A DNA stretch of 56,590 nucleotides from Ectothiorhodospiraceae bacterium (GCA_007125455.1 SLDE01000019.1:1-56590); one strand, 5' to 3'; positions 1-11,792 are shown, counted from the first letter of the stretch. The notes: generated by a model not told the origin, from the letters alone. Translations and numbers: made by a program.

Positions 1-679
1 AGCCACCAAGGGCGATCCCCAGGGTGAGAAAGCTCCAGGCAACGACCGTCCAGGGTCGTGACCAGCGGGCCCAGGCCGCGTCCAGGCGACCACTCAGTAA
101 TGCCGCCATGGCAAAGGCAAAACTGACCGCAAAACCGACATAGCCCATGTACAACAGGGGCGGGTGAAAGATCATCCCCGGGTCCTGCAACATCGGGTTG
201 AGATCACGCCCCTCTAGCGGTACCGGGATCATGCGATCGAAGGGGTTTGAGGTGAACACCATGAAGCTGATAAAGCCCACCCCTACCAAGCCCAACACCG
301 CCAGAACGCGGGACAACATCGCCTCGGGCAGGTTGCGCGAAAAGATCGCCACCGCTACCCCCCAGGCAGCAAGGATCAGCACCCAGAGCAGCAGTGAGCC
401 CTCATGGCCACCCCATACCGCCGTGATACGGTACTGCAGGGGCAGGATGCTGTTGGAGTGGTTTGCCACATAGGCGATAGAAAAGTCATGCTGGATAAAG
501 GCCGCCGTGAGACAGGCAAATGCGAGCAACAAAAAGGCAAACTGCCCCCATGCGCTATACCTGGCACTACGCATCCATGCCACACGTCCCGTTGCCGCCC
601 CTGCCAGGGGAAGAATCGATTGAACCACGGCCAATGCCAGTGCAAAAGCCAGGGCAAGCTGTCCTGTTTCAGCGTACAC
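1..679 (-). CDS. ccmF: cytochrome c-type biogenesis heme lyase CcmF, N-terminal part (3' end runs off left window edge)
   Basis: Absent from ORF track because no in-window stop. My minus-strand translation from GTG (rc of 677-679) gives (M)[26 protein letters not shown]...[20 protein letters not shown]...FTSNPFDR...[44 protein letters not shown]. This is collinear with the E. coli CcmF N-terminus as I recall it. Start codon uncertain. Confidence 0.8.
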   Translation of the reverse strand, partial: MYAETGQLALAFALALAVVQSILPLAGAATGRVAWMRSARYSAWGQFAFLLLAFACLTAAFIQHDFSIAYVANHSNSILPLQYRITAVWGGHEGSLLLWVLILAAWGVAVAIFSRNLPEAMLSRVLAVLGLVGVGFISFMVFTSNPFDRMIPVPLEGRDLNPMLQDPGMIFHPPLLYMGYVGFAVSFAFAMAALLSGRLDAAWARWSRPWTVVAWSFLTLGIALGG

Positions 680-1092
680 AACAAATCCTTTTTCTGCGCC
701 GTAATGGAGACAAGGCCACCATAGCGCAAGCGAGAAAACTGCGCCTGTTGAGCAGGGGCAGTGTAGATATCAGAAACAATAAGCAGGGGGATGGGTGGTC
801 GAACGTGTCAGTTCACTCATCAGCATGCAGGCCATGCCTTGCCATTTGCTGGCTTTCTCTGCGTCGCCTTGGCGTCGTCCGCCGCTGGCTGCTGCAGCAC
901 CGCGAGCAGTCTCACTGCCCGGCAGTTCATCACCACTCCCCCAACCAACTATTTATGTCTTATACGGCTGATCATACCTGCACCTATTCCCATCTTCAAT
1001 ATCAGGTTATGTACGTTCCAGGGCAAGTGCATTATGTGGGGAGTCCGGGTTTTCTCTGCGCACCTGCTGCGTTGTTGGCCCGGCTTGCAGGA

Positions 1093-1125
1093 CAAAAAAA
1101 AGGCGGCATCGCTGCCGCCTTTTTA
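1093..1125 (-). terminator. rho-independent terminator after fba
   Basis: 8-bp stem aggcggca/tgccgcct (1101-1108/1113-1120) with loop tcgc. An A8 run on the plus strand gives a U-run on the minus transcript. Lies 19 nt past the fba stop. Confidence 0.7.
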
Positions 1126-1143
1126 CGCTGACGCTGGAGGTGA

Positions 1144-2208
1144 TTACTTCACCTTGGGTTCCAGCTCACCGGCCGCGTACTTCTGGAACATGGTCTCCAG
1201 TGAGATCGGCTTGATCTTGCTGGCCATGCCGGCGCAACCAAAGGCCTCGTAACGCGCCTGACAGATCCCGGACATGGCCTTGGTGGCCTCCTTGAGGAAC
1301 TTGCGTGGGTCGAAGTTGGCTTTGTTCTCTTCCAGGTGCTTGCGCACTGCACCGGTAGAGGCCATACGCAGGTCGGTGTCGATGTTGACCTTGCGCACGC
1401 CGGACTTGATCCCTTCCACGATCTCCTCAACCGGTACGCCATAGGTCTGACCCATGTCACCACCATAGCTGTTGATGATTTCGAGCCAGTCCTGCGGTAC
1501 GGAAGAGGAGCCGTGCATGACCAGGTGTACGTCAGGGATACGGGCGTTGATCTCCTTCACGCGATCGATGCGCAGGATCTTGCCAGTAGGCTCCTGGGTA
1601 AACTTGTAGGCACCGTGGGAGGTACCGATGGCGATGGCCAGCGCATCAACGCCGGTCTGCTTGACGAAGTCAGCGGCCTCATCGGGATCGGTCAGCAGCA
1701 TGTCCATATCCAGCTTACCTTCGGCGCCGTGGCCGTCTTCTTCACCCATCATGCCGGTTTCCAGGGAACCGAGACAGCCCAGCTCCCCCTCTACCGATAC
1801 GCCGCAGGCGTGGGCCATATCGACCACCTGCTTGGTGACGTTGACGTTGTACTCAAAGGAGCCGGGGGTCTTGCCGTCTTCCATCAGCGAGCCATCCATC
1901 ATCACCGAAGAGAAACCGGACTGAATGGAACGGGCGCAGATCGCCGGTGAGGCACCGTGGTCCTGATGCATGACAACGGGGATGTGGGGGTACATCTCTA
2001 CTGCCGCGTGGATCAGGTGGCGCAGGAAGGGTTCGCCCGCGTAGGAGCGCGCACCGGCAGAACCCTGCAGGATTACCGGGCTGTCAACCGCATCGGCAGC
2101 CTGCATGATGGCATGCACCTGCTCCATGTTGTTGACGTTAAATGCAGGCAGACCATAGCCGTGTTCGGCGGCGTGGTCGAGAAGCTGACGCATGGATACC
2201 AGAGCCAT
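1144..2208 (-). CDS. fba: class II fructose-1,6-bisphosphate aldolase (Calvin-cycle/CbbA-like subtype)
   Basis: 354-aa ORF starting [27 protein letters not shown], typical of class II FBA. ATG start preceded by AAGGAG. Confidence 0.93.
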   Translation of the reverse strand: MALVSMRQLLDHAAEHGYGLPAFNVNNMEQVHAIMQAADAVDSPVILQGSAGARSYAGEPFLRHLIHAAVEMYPHIPVVMHQDHGASPAICARSIQSGFSSVMMDGSLMEDGKTPGSFEYNVNVTKQVVDMAHACGVSVEGELGCLGSLETGMMGEEDGHGAEGKLDMDMLLTDPDEAADFVKQTGVDALAIAIGTSHGAYKFTQEPTGKILRIDRVKEINARIPDVHLVMHGSSSVPQDWLEIINSYGGDMGQTYGVPVEEIVEGIKSGVRKVNIDTDLRMASTGAVRKHLEENKANFDPRKFLKEATKAMSGICQARYEAFGCAGMASKIKPISLETMFQKYAAGELEPKVK

Positions 2209-2255
2209 AATGAATCTCCTTGTTACACACTAAAGGTTGAAAAATTGAATCGGGA

Positions 2256-2272
2256 CGGGGCCGGCGGCCCCG
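2256..2272 (-). other. GC-rich intercistronic stem-loop between pyk and fba
   Basis: cggggcc-ggc-ggccccg, a 7-bp stem, 10 nt past the pyk stop. No adjacent U-run, so not called a terminator. Confidence 0.35.
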
Positions 2273-2281
2273 CAGGTGTCG

Positions 2282-3715
2282 CTAAACCATCTCGCCTACC
2301 TTGACGATCTTCATCGCGTTGGTGCCACCATGCACCCCCATCAGATCGCCCTTGGTAATCACTACCATGTCACCATCACGCACTGCACCACGGCGGCGTA
2401 ATTCATCGATCGCCTCGCGATTGAGCTCGGCATGATCCTGGATCGTGACATCGAAGCTGACCGGATAGACCCCTCGGTAGAGTGTCACCTTGCGACGGGT
2501 CTGTACGTGGCGAGTCATCGCATAGATCGGGATCCCGGAGCTGATGCGCGACATCCACAGAGTGGTCGAACCGGACTCTGTCAGTGCAGCGATCGCCTTC
2601 ACCTTGAGGTGGTTGGCGGTGTACATCGCCGCCATCGCGATCGCCTCGTCGATGTGGGTGAATTCGGTGTTGATACGATGATCCGAAGTGGTCGCCACGC
2701 GCTGCTTTTCCGCTTCCATGCAGACACGATGCATCGCTGCAACGGCCTTGTCAGGGTATTTACCGGTGGCGGTCTCGGCACTCAGCATGATCGCATCGGT
2801 ACCATCGAGCACCGCATTGGCCACGTCGAAGACCTCGGCGCGGGTCGGGATCTGGTTCTCGATCATCGACTCCATCATCTGGGTCGCGGTGATCACCGCG
2901 CGGTTCATGCTGCGCGCCTGACGGATCAGCTGCTTCTGCACCGGGGGCAGCGCGGCATCGCCGATCTCAACCCCAAGGTCACCACGGGCGATCATAATGG
3001 CGTCGGAGGCGGCGATGATCTCATCGATCACCTCCAGTGCCTCGGCCCGTTCGATCTTGGCGACGATATCACCACGACCACCGGCAGCCACGAACAACTC
3101 ACGGGCCTCGTTAACATCGGCGGCGGTGCGCGGGAAGGAGACAGCCAGGTAGTCGGCCTCCATCTTCGCGGCGGTCTTGATGTCCTCGCGGTCTTTCTCG
3201 GTCAGTGCCGGTGCGGAGAGCCCACCGCCCTGACGATTGATCCCCTTGCGATCGGAAAGGGCACCACCGACCACCACACGGCAATTGATCCGTGTCCCCT
3301 CGACGTTATCGACCCACAGAACCAAACGTCCGTCATCAAGCAGCAGGGTATCACCACGGCTCACATCATCGGGCAGTTGCTTGTAGGCCAAACCGACGCG
3401 CTCATCGTCGCCGTCGTCGCGGCCACAGGCGGTATCAAGGCAAAAATTACCGCCCTCAACCAAAGTCACCTTGCCGTTGCGGAAGTTCTCGATGCGGATC
3501 TTGGGCCCCTGCAGGTCGCACAGTACCCCAACTTGTCGCCCGTGGGCGCGGGCACGGTTGCGCACCCGCTCGGCGCGCTCAATGTGTTCTTCCGGAGCAC
3601 CGTGCGAGAAATTGATGCGGACCACATCCACACCCGCCTCAATTACCTTGTCGAGAACCTTGGGATCGTCGGTGGCCGGACCTAATGTTGCCAGTATTTT
3701 CGTTCGTCTTTGCAT
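2282..3715 (-). CDS. pyk: pyruvate kinase
   Basis: ORF 2282..3790. Conserved N-terminus MQRRTKILATLGPATDD begins at the ATG at 3715. The upstream 25 codons look like a read-through extension. Confidence 0.92.
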   Translation of the reverse strand: MQRRTKILATLGPATDDPKVLDKVIEAGVDVVRINFSHGAPEEHIERAERVRNRARAHGRQVGVLCDLQGPKIRIENFRNGKVTLVEGGNFCLDTACGRDDGDDERVGLAYKQLPDDVSRGDTLLLDDGRLVLWVDNVEGTRINCRVVVGGALSDRKGINRQGGGLSAPALTEKDREDIKTAAKMEADYLAVSFPRTAADVNEARELFVAAGGRGDIVAKIERAEALEVIDEIIAASDAIMIARGDLGVEIGDAALPPVQKQLIRQARSMNRAVITATQMMESMIENQIPTRAEVFDVANAVLDGTDAIMLSAETATGKYPDKAVAAMHRVCMEAEKQRVATTSDHRINTEFTHIDEAIAMAAMYTANHLKVKAIAALTESGSTTLWMSRISSGIPIYAMTRHVQTRRKVTLYRGVYPVSFDVTIQDHAELNREAIDELRRRGAVRDGDMVVITKGDLMGVHGGTNAMKIVKVGEMV

Positions 3716-3791
3716 ATTCTCTTTTACGCTAGCGGGTTTCGTCTGGCGGAGCAGCCGATGGGCGACGGCCCCGTTACCCGAAACAATCAAT

Positions 3792-3839
3792 GGATAACCA
3801 GGGGATCACCCTACGGGTGCCTCACACCCCTTGTTATCC
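3792..3839 (-). other. nested intercistronic stem-loop between pgk and pyk
   Basis: Outer arms ggataaccagggg/ccccttgttatcc pair at 12 of 13 positions. They enclose the inner hairpin caccc-tac-gggtg. Confidence 0.4.
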
Positions 3840-3930
3840 GAAATCCATCCAGTATTACCCTGCCCGCCGGGGGCAAGCTAGCCAGTAGTTCATACTGTAC
3901 GCTATACCCCAGCGGTGCAATAACTCAATC

Positions 3931-5112
3931 TTAGGCCTTGGCGCGCTCTTCCAGCATCGCCACGGCGGGGAGGGTCTTGCCTTCGAGGAATTCGAGGAAG
4001 GCCCCACCGGCGGTGGAGATGTAGGACACGCGCTCATAAATGTCGTACTTCTGGATAGCGGCAATGGTATCGCCACCACCGGCGATGGAGAAGCCGTCGG
4101 AATCGGCAATCGCCAGGCCCATGGCCTTGGTACCCTCACCGAATTGATCAAACTCGAACACCCCAACCGGGCCATTCCATACGATGGTGCCAGCGCTCTT
4201 GAGCATCCCGGCGTACTGCTTGGCAGTCTCGGGACCAACATCGAAGATCATCTCATCATCGGCCACTTCATTCACCTTCTTGACAGTGGCTTCGGCATTC
4301 TCGGCAAACTCTTTGCCTACGATCACATCAACAGGTACCGGGATCTCGCCGCCCTTCTCCTTCGCGGCGGCCATCAGGCGCTTGGCCTCGTCGATCAGAT
4401 CGGCCTCGAACAGGGACTTGCCTACATTGTAGCCTGCTGCGGCGATAAAGGTATTGGCAATGCCACCGCCTACAATCAACTGATCCACCTTGGTGGAGAG
4501 TGACTCGAGTACGGTCAGCTTGGTAGAGACCTTGGAGCCACCAACGATGGCCACCATCGGGCGGGCAGGCTGGGCCAGTGCCTTGTTCAGCGCGTCCAGC
4601 TCTTCGGCCAGCAGCAGACCGGCGCAGGCCACCGGGGCAAACTTGCCGGCACCATGGGTGGAGGCCTGGGCGCGGTGGGCGGTGCCAAAGGCATCCATCA
4701 CGTAAACATCGCACAGCGCGGCGTATTTTTTGGCCAGTTCTTCGTTGTCCTTCTTCTCGCCAGCGTTGAACCGTACGTTCTCCAGCAGCACCACCTCACC
4801 GTCGGCAACCTCAACACCACCTTCAAGGTAGTCCTTGATCAGACGTACCGGCTTACCCAGCTTGCTGCCCATATCATCGGCGATAGGCTGCAGTGAGTTT
4901 TCCTCATCGGCTACGCCCTCTTCCGGGCGGCCACGATGGGACATCACCATGACCTTGGCACCAGCCTTGAGGCAATGTTCAATGGTGGGCATGGAAGCGG
5001 CGATGCGGGCGTCGGAGGTCACCTTGCCGTCTTTTACGGGCACATTGAGGTCGGCACGGATCAGTACGCGCTTACCGGCGAGGTCGAGATCGGTCAGTTT
5101 GGTAAAGGACAT
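3931..5112 (-). CDS. pgk: phosphoglycerate kinase
   Basis: 393-aa [28 protein letters not shown]..., canonical PGK N-terminus. Confidence 0.95.
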   Translation of the reverse strand: MSFTKLTDLDLAGKRVLIRADLNVPVKDGKVTSDARIAASMPTIEHCLKAGAKVMVMSHRGRPEEGVADEENSLQPIADDMGSKLGKPVRLIKDYLEGGVEVADGEVVLLENVRFNAGEKKDNEELAKKYAALCDVYVMDAFGTAHRAQASTHGAGKFAPVACAGLLLAEELDALNKALAQPARPMVAIVGGSKVSTKLTVLESLSTKVDQLIVGGGIANTFIAAAGYNVGKSLFEADLIDEAKRLMAAAKEKGGEIPVPVDVIVGKEFAENAEATVKKVNEVADDEMIFDVGPETAKQYAGMLKSAGTIVWNGPVGVFEFDQFGEGTKAMGLAIADSDGFSIAGGGDTIAAIQKYDIYERVSYISTAGGAFLEFLEGKTLPAVAMLEERAKA

Positions 5113-5178
5113 GTAAAAACTCCCTGGTAAAGTGAAAGTTATTGGCCAAAGCGGCCCTTGGCGAATAACTCTTTGGAA

Positions 5179-5270
5179 CAGCTGAAAGTAACAAGATACA
5201 AGCTATAAGATTCGTGGCGGTGGCCCGCCACGCTAAATCTTTTCTCTTTACGCTTGTATCTTGTTAGCTG
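5179..5270 (-). repeat. three-tier inverted repeat/hairpin with heptad-periodic arms, 2 nt after the gap stop
   Basis: Perfect 15-bp arms taacaagatacaagc (5189-5203) and gcttgtatcttgtta (5252-5266). Inner pairs are aagatt/aatctt and cgtggcgg-tggc-ccgccacg. The arms read as 7-nt units: ACAAGAT ACAAGCT ATAAGAT, and ATCTTTT CTCTTTA CGCTTGT ATCTTGT. Confidence 0.7.
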
Positions 5271-5272
5271 CC

Positions 5273-6277
<1,005 letters not shown>

Positions 6278-6393
6278 TTATTTTCTCCTGTTAAACGTGA
6301 TAGTCACTCTGACCGGCCGAGCCGGTACGGGAAACTTCATCTCAGGCCAGGCCTGAATCAGGTCATGGTGGCTATACCACTCGTATGCTGCGA

Positions 6394-6416
6394 CAGGTGG
6401 TGACGAGCACCACCTG
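6394..6416 (-). other. intercistronic stem-loop 10 nt after the tkt stop
   Basis: caggtggtg-acgag-caccacctg, a 9-bp stem. No U-run. Confidence 0.4.
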
Positions 6417-6425
6417 CCACGGGAC

Positions 6426-8414
6426 TTACATGACTTCGTTGACCGCCTTAACGACGTTCTCAACAGTGAAGCCAAACTCCTTGAACAGCTCGCCGGCCGG
6501 GGCAGACTCGCCAAAGCGATCCAGACCGATCACCTTGCCGTTCAGGCCTACGTACTTGTACCAGGCAGCCGTCACACCGGCCTCTACGGCAACACGGGCG
6601 GTCACAGCAGCAGGCAGAACACTTTCGCGGTAGGCGGCGTCCTGGGCGTCGAAGGTCTCAACGGAGGGCATGGAGACCACGCGGATCTTCTTGCCGGAGA
6701 GCTCGTCGGCGGCCTTGATGGCCAGATCCACTTCGGAACCGGTGGCGATGATGATCGCATCGGGGGTGCCGTCACAATCCTTCAACACATAACCGCCCTT
6801 GGTGATGTTGGCGATCTGTGCATCGTCACGGCTCTGGTGGGCCAGGTTCTGACGCGAGAAGATCAGGCAGCTGGGGCCATCCTTCTTCTCGATCGCCTGC
6901 TGCCAGGCCACGGCGGTCTCGACCGAGTCACAGGGACGCCATACCGACATGTTGGGGATCATGCGCAGGGTGGGGATCTGCTCGACCGGCTGATGGGTCG
7001 GGCCATCTTCACCCAGGCCGATGGAATCATGGGTGTAGACAAAGATCGAACGCTGCTTCATCAGCGCCGCCATGCGCAGGGCATTACGGGCATATTCGGA
7101 GAACATCAGGAAGGTGCCACCGAAGGGAATAAAGCCGCCGTGCAGGGCCACACCGTTCATGATGGCAGACATGCCGAACTCACGTACACCATAGCTGATG
7201 TAGTTGCCGTCGGCCACGGTATTGGTGATGGCCTTGGCCTCGCTCCAGCTGGTCAGGTTGGAGGGGGACAGGTCGGCAGAGCCGCCCAGGAATTCCGGCA
7301 GCGCCTTGGCATAGGCTTCGATGCTGTTCTGTGAGGCCTTGCGGGTAGCCGGGTTGTCGCCCTTTTCATTACAGGCCTTGATGAAGGACTCGGCGGTCTC
7401 CTTCCAGTTGGCGGCCAGTTCGCCCTTCATGCGGCGCTCAAACTCCGCGGCTTCCTTGGGGAAGGCGGCCTTGTAGGCTTCAAACTTCTCCGCCCAGCTC
7501 TTCTCGACCTCGGCACCCTTGGCCTTGGCATCCCAACCGGCATAGACATCTTCCGGGATCACGAACGGGTCGTGCGGCCAGCCCAGGTTTTCACGGGTAG
7601 CCTTGATTTCGTCGTCACCCAGCGGGGCACCGTGGCAATCGTGGCTGCCGCACAGGTTGGGAGAGCCGTAACCGATAACGGTCTTGCAACAAACCAGGGT
7701 GGGCTTGTTGTTAACCGACTTGGCTTCATGGATGGCCTTGTCGATGGCCTCGGCGTTATGCCCGTCTACATCACGGATTACGTGCCAGCCATAGGCCTCG
7801 AAGCGCTTGGCCACGTCTTCGTCAAACCAGTTGTCGGTGTGGCCATCGATGCTGATGCCATTATCGTCCCAGAAGGCCACCAGCTTGCCCAGACCCAGGG
7901 TACCAGCGAGCGCACAGGCCTCGTGGGAAACCCCTTCCATCATGCAGCCATCGCCCAGGAAGACGTAGGTGTAATGATCCACAATGTGGTGACCGTCACG
8001 ATTGAACTGGGCGGCGAGGGTACGCTCGGCCAGGGCCATGCCCACGCCGTTGCTGATCCCCTGCCCCAGTGGGCCGGTGGTGGTTTCGATACCGGGTGCG
8101 TAACCGTACTCCGGGTGACCTGGGGTCTTGGAGTGCAGCTGACGGAAGTTTTTCAGGTCGTCCATGCTCAGCTCGTAGCCGGTCAGGTGCAACAGCGAGT
8201 AGATCAGCATCGAGCCATGGCCGTTGGAGAGGATGAAGCGGTCGCGGTCATACCACTGTGGGTTGGCCGGGTTGTGCTTCATGTGGCCATTCCACAGCAC
8301 TTCGGCGATGTCGGCCATACCCATAGGTGCACCGGGATGGCCGGACTTGGCCTTCTGTACCGCATCCATGCTCAGGGCACGGATGGCGTTGGCTAGATCT
8401 TTACGGCTTGGCAT
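6426..8414 (-). CDS. tkt: transketolase
   Basis: 662-aa [44 protein letters not shown]..., canonical TktA N-terminus. Confidence 0.95.
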   Translation of the reverse strand: MPSRKDLANAIRALSMDAVQKAKSGHPGAPMGMADIAEVLWNGHMKHNPANPQWYDRDRFILSNGHGSMLIYSLLHLTGYELSMDDLKNFRQLHSKTPGHPEYGYAPGIETTTGPLGQGISNGVGMALAERTLAAQFNRDGHHIVDHYTYVFLGDGCMMEGVSHEACALAGTLGLGKLVAFWDDNGISIDGHTDNWFDEDVAKRFEAYGWHVIRDVDGHNAEAIDKAIHEAKSVNNKPTLVCCKTVIGYGSPNLCGSHDCHGAPLGDDEIKATRENLGWPHDPFVIPEDVYAGWDAKAKGAEVEKSWAEKFEAYKAAFPKEAAEFERRMKGELAANWKETAESFIKACNEKGDNPATRKASQNSIEAYAKALPEFLGGSADLSPSNLTSWSEAKAITNTVADGNYISYGVREFGMSAIMNGVALHGGFIPFGGTFLMFSEYARNALRMAALMKQRSIFVYTHDSIGLGEDGPTHQPVEQIPTLRMIPNMSVWRPCDSVETAVAWQQAIEKKDGPSCLIFSRQNLAHQSRDDAQIANITKGGYVLKDCDGTPDAIIIATGSEVDLAIKAADELSGKKIRVVSMPSVETFDAQDAAYRESVLPAAVTARVAVEAGVTAAWYKYVGLNGKVIGLDRFGESAPAGELFKEFGFTVENVVKAVNEVM

Positions 8415-8852
8415 GTAAATCTCCTTAGAACAATAAATAAAAAATCAAGTGCATTGCAGCCGTCGGGGGAGTCACCCTTCTACCGAAGGCCTGCTCACTC
8501 GGCGTCGCAGCTGGTTGTATTAAATTCATTCCCCAAAACGCTGACAGTCTTGTTATCGAGCAGTGTCTATCGCCGTCCTTAACGAAGCCTCACAGGACCA
8601 TCGGGATAGCACCACATGGCGTATTTTTATGCCCGATACCCTGGGGTCTGCGTCAGCAAGCGTGCTATTGCGGGTATCATCGAACGGCTGATTCTCACCT
8701 ATCTTTTTGCTCCGAGCAAGCCCAATATCCGCTCAGGAGGGGAAATTATGCTATATTTCAAACACATAAATTAAACCTATACACCAGCAAAATCCCCTTG
8801 GGGGATGCCCCTGACAGCTCATCCCCTTGCAAATCTGGATCAGCGCGCCAAT

Positions 8853-8861
8853 TGGTATATA
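8853..8861 (+). promoter_or_regulatory. candidate extended -10 promoter element for metK
   Basis: TGgTATATA compared with the consensus TGnTATAAT, about 70 nt upstream of the metK ATG. No acceptable -35 at 17-nt spacing. Confidence 0.25.
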
Positions 8862-8931
8862 CTGCGCAGTTCACCGTGATGTTATGGTTTACGCCAGTAT
8901 TCAAGCAAACCGTCAAGGATCTCCAAAAGCA

Positions 8932-10092
8932 ATGAAAGACAACCACTTGTTCACCTCCGAGTCGGTCTCCGAGGGCCATCCGGACAAAATGTCCGATCAG
9001 ATCTCCGATGCGATCCTCGATGCGATCCTGGCGCAGGATCCAGACGCCCGCGTCGCCTGCGAGACCTTGGTCAAGACCGGCATGGTCGTTCTGGCCGGTG
9101 AGATCACCACCCACGCCAATATCGACTATGAAAACATCGTACGTGAGGTGGTCAATGGGATCGGCTACACCAGCTCTGAGGTGGGCTTTGACGGGGCCAG
9201 CTGTGCGGTGCTCAATGCCCTGGGCAAGCAGTCACCGGACATTGCCATGGGCGTGGATCGCGAATCCCGCGAAAACCAGGGCGCCGGTGACCAGGGGCTG
9301 ATGTTTGGCTACGCCAGCAATGAAACCGATGTGCTGATGCCCGCCCCGATCACCTTTGCCCACCGCCTGGTTCAGCGCCAGGCCGAAGTGCGCAAGAACG
9401 GCGAGCTTTCCTGGCTGCGTCCCGATGCAAAAAGTCAGGTGACCTTCCAGTATGTTGACGGCAAACCGGTGGGGATCGATGCGGTGGTACTGTCTACACA
9501 GCACGACCCGTCCATCAGCCAGGAGACCCTGCGCGAGGCGGTGATGGAGGTGATCATCCAGCACGTACTGCCCAGCGACTGGCTCAACAAGGACACCAAG
9601 TTTCACATCAACCCGACCGGCCAGTTCATCATCGGTGGGCCGGTGGGAGATTGCGGCCTGACCGGGCGCAAGATCATCGTCGACACCTACGGCGGCATGG
9701 CGCGCCATGGCGGCGGCGCCTTCTCCGGCAAAGACCCCTCCAAGGTAGACCGCTCCGCCGCCTACGCCGGTCGCTATGTGGCCAAGAACATCGTCGCCGC
9801 CGGCCTTGCCGAACGCTGCGAGATCCAGGTCTCCTACGCTATCGGTGTGGCTGAGCCCACCTCGGTGAGTATCGAGACCTTCGGCACCGCCCACGTCGAC
9901 GAAACGCGCATCATCGAACTGGTGCGTGAACACTTCGACCTGCGCCCCTACGGCATCACCACCATGCTGGATCTGCTCAAGCCACGTTACCAGCCCACCG
10001 CCGCCTACGGCCACTTTGGCCGCGAAGAGCTGGACCTGCCCTGGGAACGCACCGACAAGGCCGAGCAGCTGCGCAGCGAGGCCGGACTTTAA
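8932..10092 (+). CDS. metK: S-adenosylmethionine synthetase
   Basis: ORF 8827..10092. Conserved start [30 protein letters not shown] at the ATG at 8932, giving 386 aa. Confidence 0.95.
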   Translation: MKDNHLFTSESVSEGHPDKMSDQISDAILDAILAQDPDARVACETLVKTGMVVLAGEITTHANIDYENIVREVVNGIGYTSSEVGFDGASCAVLNALGKQSPDIAMGVDRESRENQGAGDQGLMFGYASNETDVLMPAPITFAHRLVQRQAEVRKNGELSWLRPDAKSQVTFQYVDGKPVGIDAVVLSTQHDPSISQETLREAVMEVIIQHVLPSDWLNKDTKFHINPTGQFIIGGPVGDCGLTGRKIIVDTYGGMARHGGGAFSGKDPSKVDRSAAYAGRYVAKNIVAAGLAERCEIQVSYAIGVAEPTSVSIETFGTAHVDETRIIELVREHFDLRPYGITTMLDLLKPRYQPTAAYGHFGREELDLPWERTDKAEQLRSEAGL

Positions 10093-10097
10093 AACCT

Positions 10098-10206
10098 TTC
10101 AACACAGAGTACACAGAGTTTCTTGTTAACGGCTCTTAGCGATAGATCGATAACCTGCCACAACAGACTATTATCCAACATCTTTCTCTGTGAACTCTGT
10201 GTTGAA
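10098..10206 (+). repeat. 21-bp terminal inverted repeats flanking a 67-nt lower-GC core (long hairpin or MITE-like), 5 nt after the metK stop
   Basis: ttcaacacagagtacacagag (10098-10118) against ctctgtgaactctgtgttgaa (10186-10206), complementary at 20 of 21 positions. Each arm is two tandem copies of a 9-mer, acacagagt. Confidence 0.65.
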
Positions 10207-10215
10207 TAATTTTCC

Positions 10216-10290
10216 CCACCTCCCGAGGAGCGCTGCAGCGGCTTGTCCGTCAGGCTCGGGGGGTGGTAGCAACCTGATAACGGCGCTCCA
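10216..10290 (+). promoter_or_regulatory. SAH (S-adenosylhomocysteine) riboswitch
   Basis: CCUCCCGAGGAGCGCUGCAGCGG...CCGUCAGGCUCGGGGGG...AACGGCGCUCC matches the conserved SAH-element blocks GAGGAGCGCUGC / CAGGCUCGG / AACGGCGCUC. Helix 10216-10227 pairs with 10255-10266. Pseudoknot strand gagcgc (10229-10234) pairs with gcgctc (10283-10288). Sits directly upstream of ahcY, the classic context. Confidence 0.85.
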
Positions 10291-10310
10291 ACGTAACCTA
10301 GGAGAAGTCC

Positions 10311-11717
10311 ATGTCTGCATTTACCGATTACAAGGTGGCCGACATCTCCCTGGCCGATTGGGGCCGCAAGGAGATCGCCATTGCCGAAACCGAGATGCCA
10401 GGGCTGATAGCCCTGCGCGAGGAGTTTGGCAGCAGCAAACCACTCAAGGGGGCACGCATCGTCGGCTCCCTCCATATGACCATCCAGACCGCCGTGCTGA
10501 TCGAGACCCTGATCGACCTGGGTGCCGAGGTACGCTGGGTTTCCTGTAATATCTTCTCCACCCAGGATCATGCCGCCGCTGCGATGGCCGCTGCCGGGAT
10601 CCCGGTCTATGCCTGGAAGGGGGAAACCATCGAAGAGTACTGGTGGTGTACCGAGCAGGCCTTTACCTGGCCTGATGGCCAAGGCCCCAACATGCTCCTT
10701 GATGACGGTGGTGACGCCACCCTGCTGCTGCACAAGGGTGTCGAGTTCGAAAAGGACGGGACGGTGCCCGAGCCGCAGGCCGGTGATAACGAAGAGTGGG
10801 TGGCGGTGCTGGGCGTACTCAAGCGCACCATGGCCAAAGACCCGACCTTCTGGACCCGCATGGCCAAGGAGATCCGCGGCGTGACCGAGGAGACCACCAC
10901 CGGGGTGCATCGCCTTTACCACATGGAAAAGGACGGCTCCCTGCTGTTCCCCGCGATGAACGTCAACGACTCGGTGACCAAATCCAAGTTCGACAACCTC
11001 TACGGCTGTCGTGAATCGCTGCTGGATGGCATCAAGCGTGCCACCGACGTGATGATCGCCGGCAAGATCGCCGTGGTGCTGGGCTATGGCGACGTGGGCA
11101 AGGGCTGTGCCCAGGCCTTCCGTGGCATGGGTGCTACCACACTGGTCACCGAGATCGATCCCATCTGCGCCCTGCAGGCCACCATGGAAGGCTACCGCGT
11201 AGTAACCATGGAAGAGGCCTGTAAAATGGGCGATATCTTTGTCACTACCACCGGTAACGTGAATGTCATCGACCACGATCACATGGTGGCGATGAAGGAT
11301 CAGGCCATCGTCTGCAACATTGGCCACTTCGACTCCGAGATCAATGTCGGCTCGCTGCGCCAATACCAGTGGGAGAACATCAAGCCACAGGTGGATCACA
11401 TCATCTTCCCCGATGGCAAGCGCATCATCCTGCTGGCCGAGGGGCGCCTGGTCAACCTGGGCTGTGCCACCGGCCATCCCAGCTTCGTGATGTCCGCCTC
11501 GTTCACCAACCAGGTGCTGGCGCAGATCGAGTTCTTCACCAAGCGTGATGACTACCAAAACAAGGTCTACGTGCTTCCCAAGCTGTTGGACGAGAAGGTT
11601 GCCCGCCTGCATCTGAAAAAGATCGGCGCCAACCTGACCGCCCTCACCCCGGAGCAGGCAGAGTACATCGACGTACCGGCAGAAGGCCCCTACAAGCCGG
11701 AGCATTATCGCTACTAA
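10311..11717 (+). CDS. ahcY: adenosylhomocysteinase
   Basis: 468-aa [35 protein letters not shown]..., canonical AhcY. AGGAGA Shine-Dalgarno (SD) sequence. Confidence 0.95.
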   Translation: MSAFTDYKVADISLADWGRKEIAIAETEMPGLIALREEFGSSKPLKGARIVGSLHMTIQTAVLIETLIDLGAEVRWVSCNIFSTQDHAAAAMAAAGIPVYAWKGETIEEYWWCTEQAFTWPDGQGPNMLLDDGGDATLLLHKGVEFEKDGTVPEPQAGDNEEWVAVLGVLKRTMAKDPTFWTRMAKEIRGVTEETTTGVHRLYHMEKDGSLLFPAMNVNDSVTKSKFDNLYGCRESLLDGIKRATDVMIAGKIAVVLGYGDVGKGCAQAFRGMGATTLVTEIDPICALQATMEGYRVVTMEEACKMGDIFVTTTGNVNVIDHDHMVAMKDQAIVCNIGHFDSEINVGSLRQYQWENIKPQVDHIIFPDGKRIILLAEGRLVNLGCATGHPSFVMSASFTNQVLAQIEFFTKRDDYQNKVYVLPKLLDEKVARLHLKKIGANLTALTPEQAEYIDVPAEGPYKPEHYRY

Positions 11718-11720
11718 CGG

Positions 11721-11792
11721 AGGTACGAGGTACGGGATACGAGGCATGGGTACGATTCAACTATCGTAGCCCGCACCTCGAACCTCGTACCT
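11721..11792 (+). repeat. imperfect long hairpin with heptad-periodic arms between ahcY and metF
   Basis: Outer stem aggtacgagg/cctcgtacct (10 bp) and inner tacgat-tcaact-atcgta. Left arm reads GGTACGA GGTACGG GATACGA GGCATGG. Starts 3 nt after the ahcY stop and ends 9 nt before the metF ATG. Confidence 0.65.

Noticed and set aside
820-930. 36-codon minus-strand ORF with a GGGGAG SD upstream of ccmF
   Set aside because: No coupling, no recognisable motif, and ordinary composition. Insufficient support.
2432-3685. 417-aa plus-strand ORF
   Set aside because: It is antisense to pyruvate kinase. It is Arg/Gly/His-rich and low in complexity, a typical shadow ORF in GC-rich DNA.
8827-8861. TTGCAA as the -35 for the metK promoter
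   Set aside because: Its spacing to the TATATA -10 is 23 nt, too long for sigma-70. Only the extended -10 reading was kept, at low confidence.
8827-8931. N-terminal extension of metK in the ORF track, and similar extensions of pyk, pyrE, xthA, the DUF945 gene and rpmB (53052)
   Set aside because: The conserved protein N-termini begin at internal ATGs. The extensions cross promoter or terminator sequence, or overlap upstream genes.
10089-11747. 552-aa minus-strand ORF
   Set aside because: It is antisense to the unambiguous ahcY. Shadow ORF.
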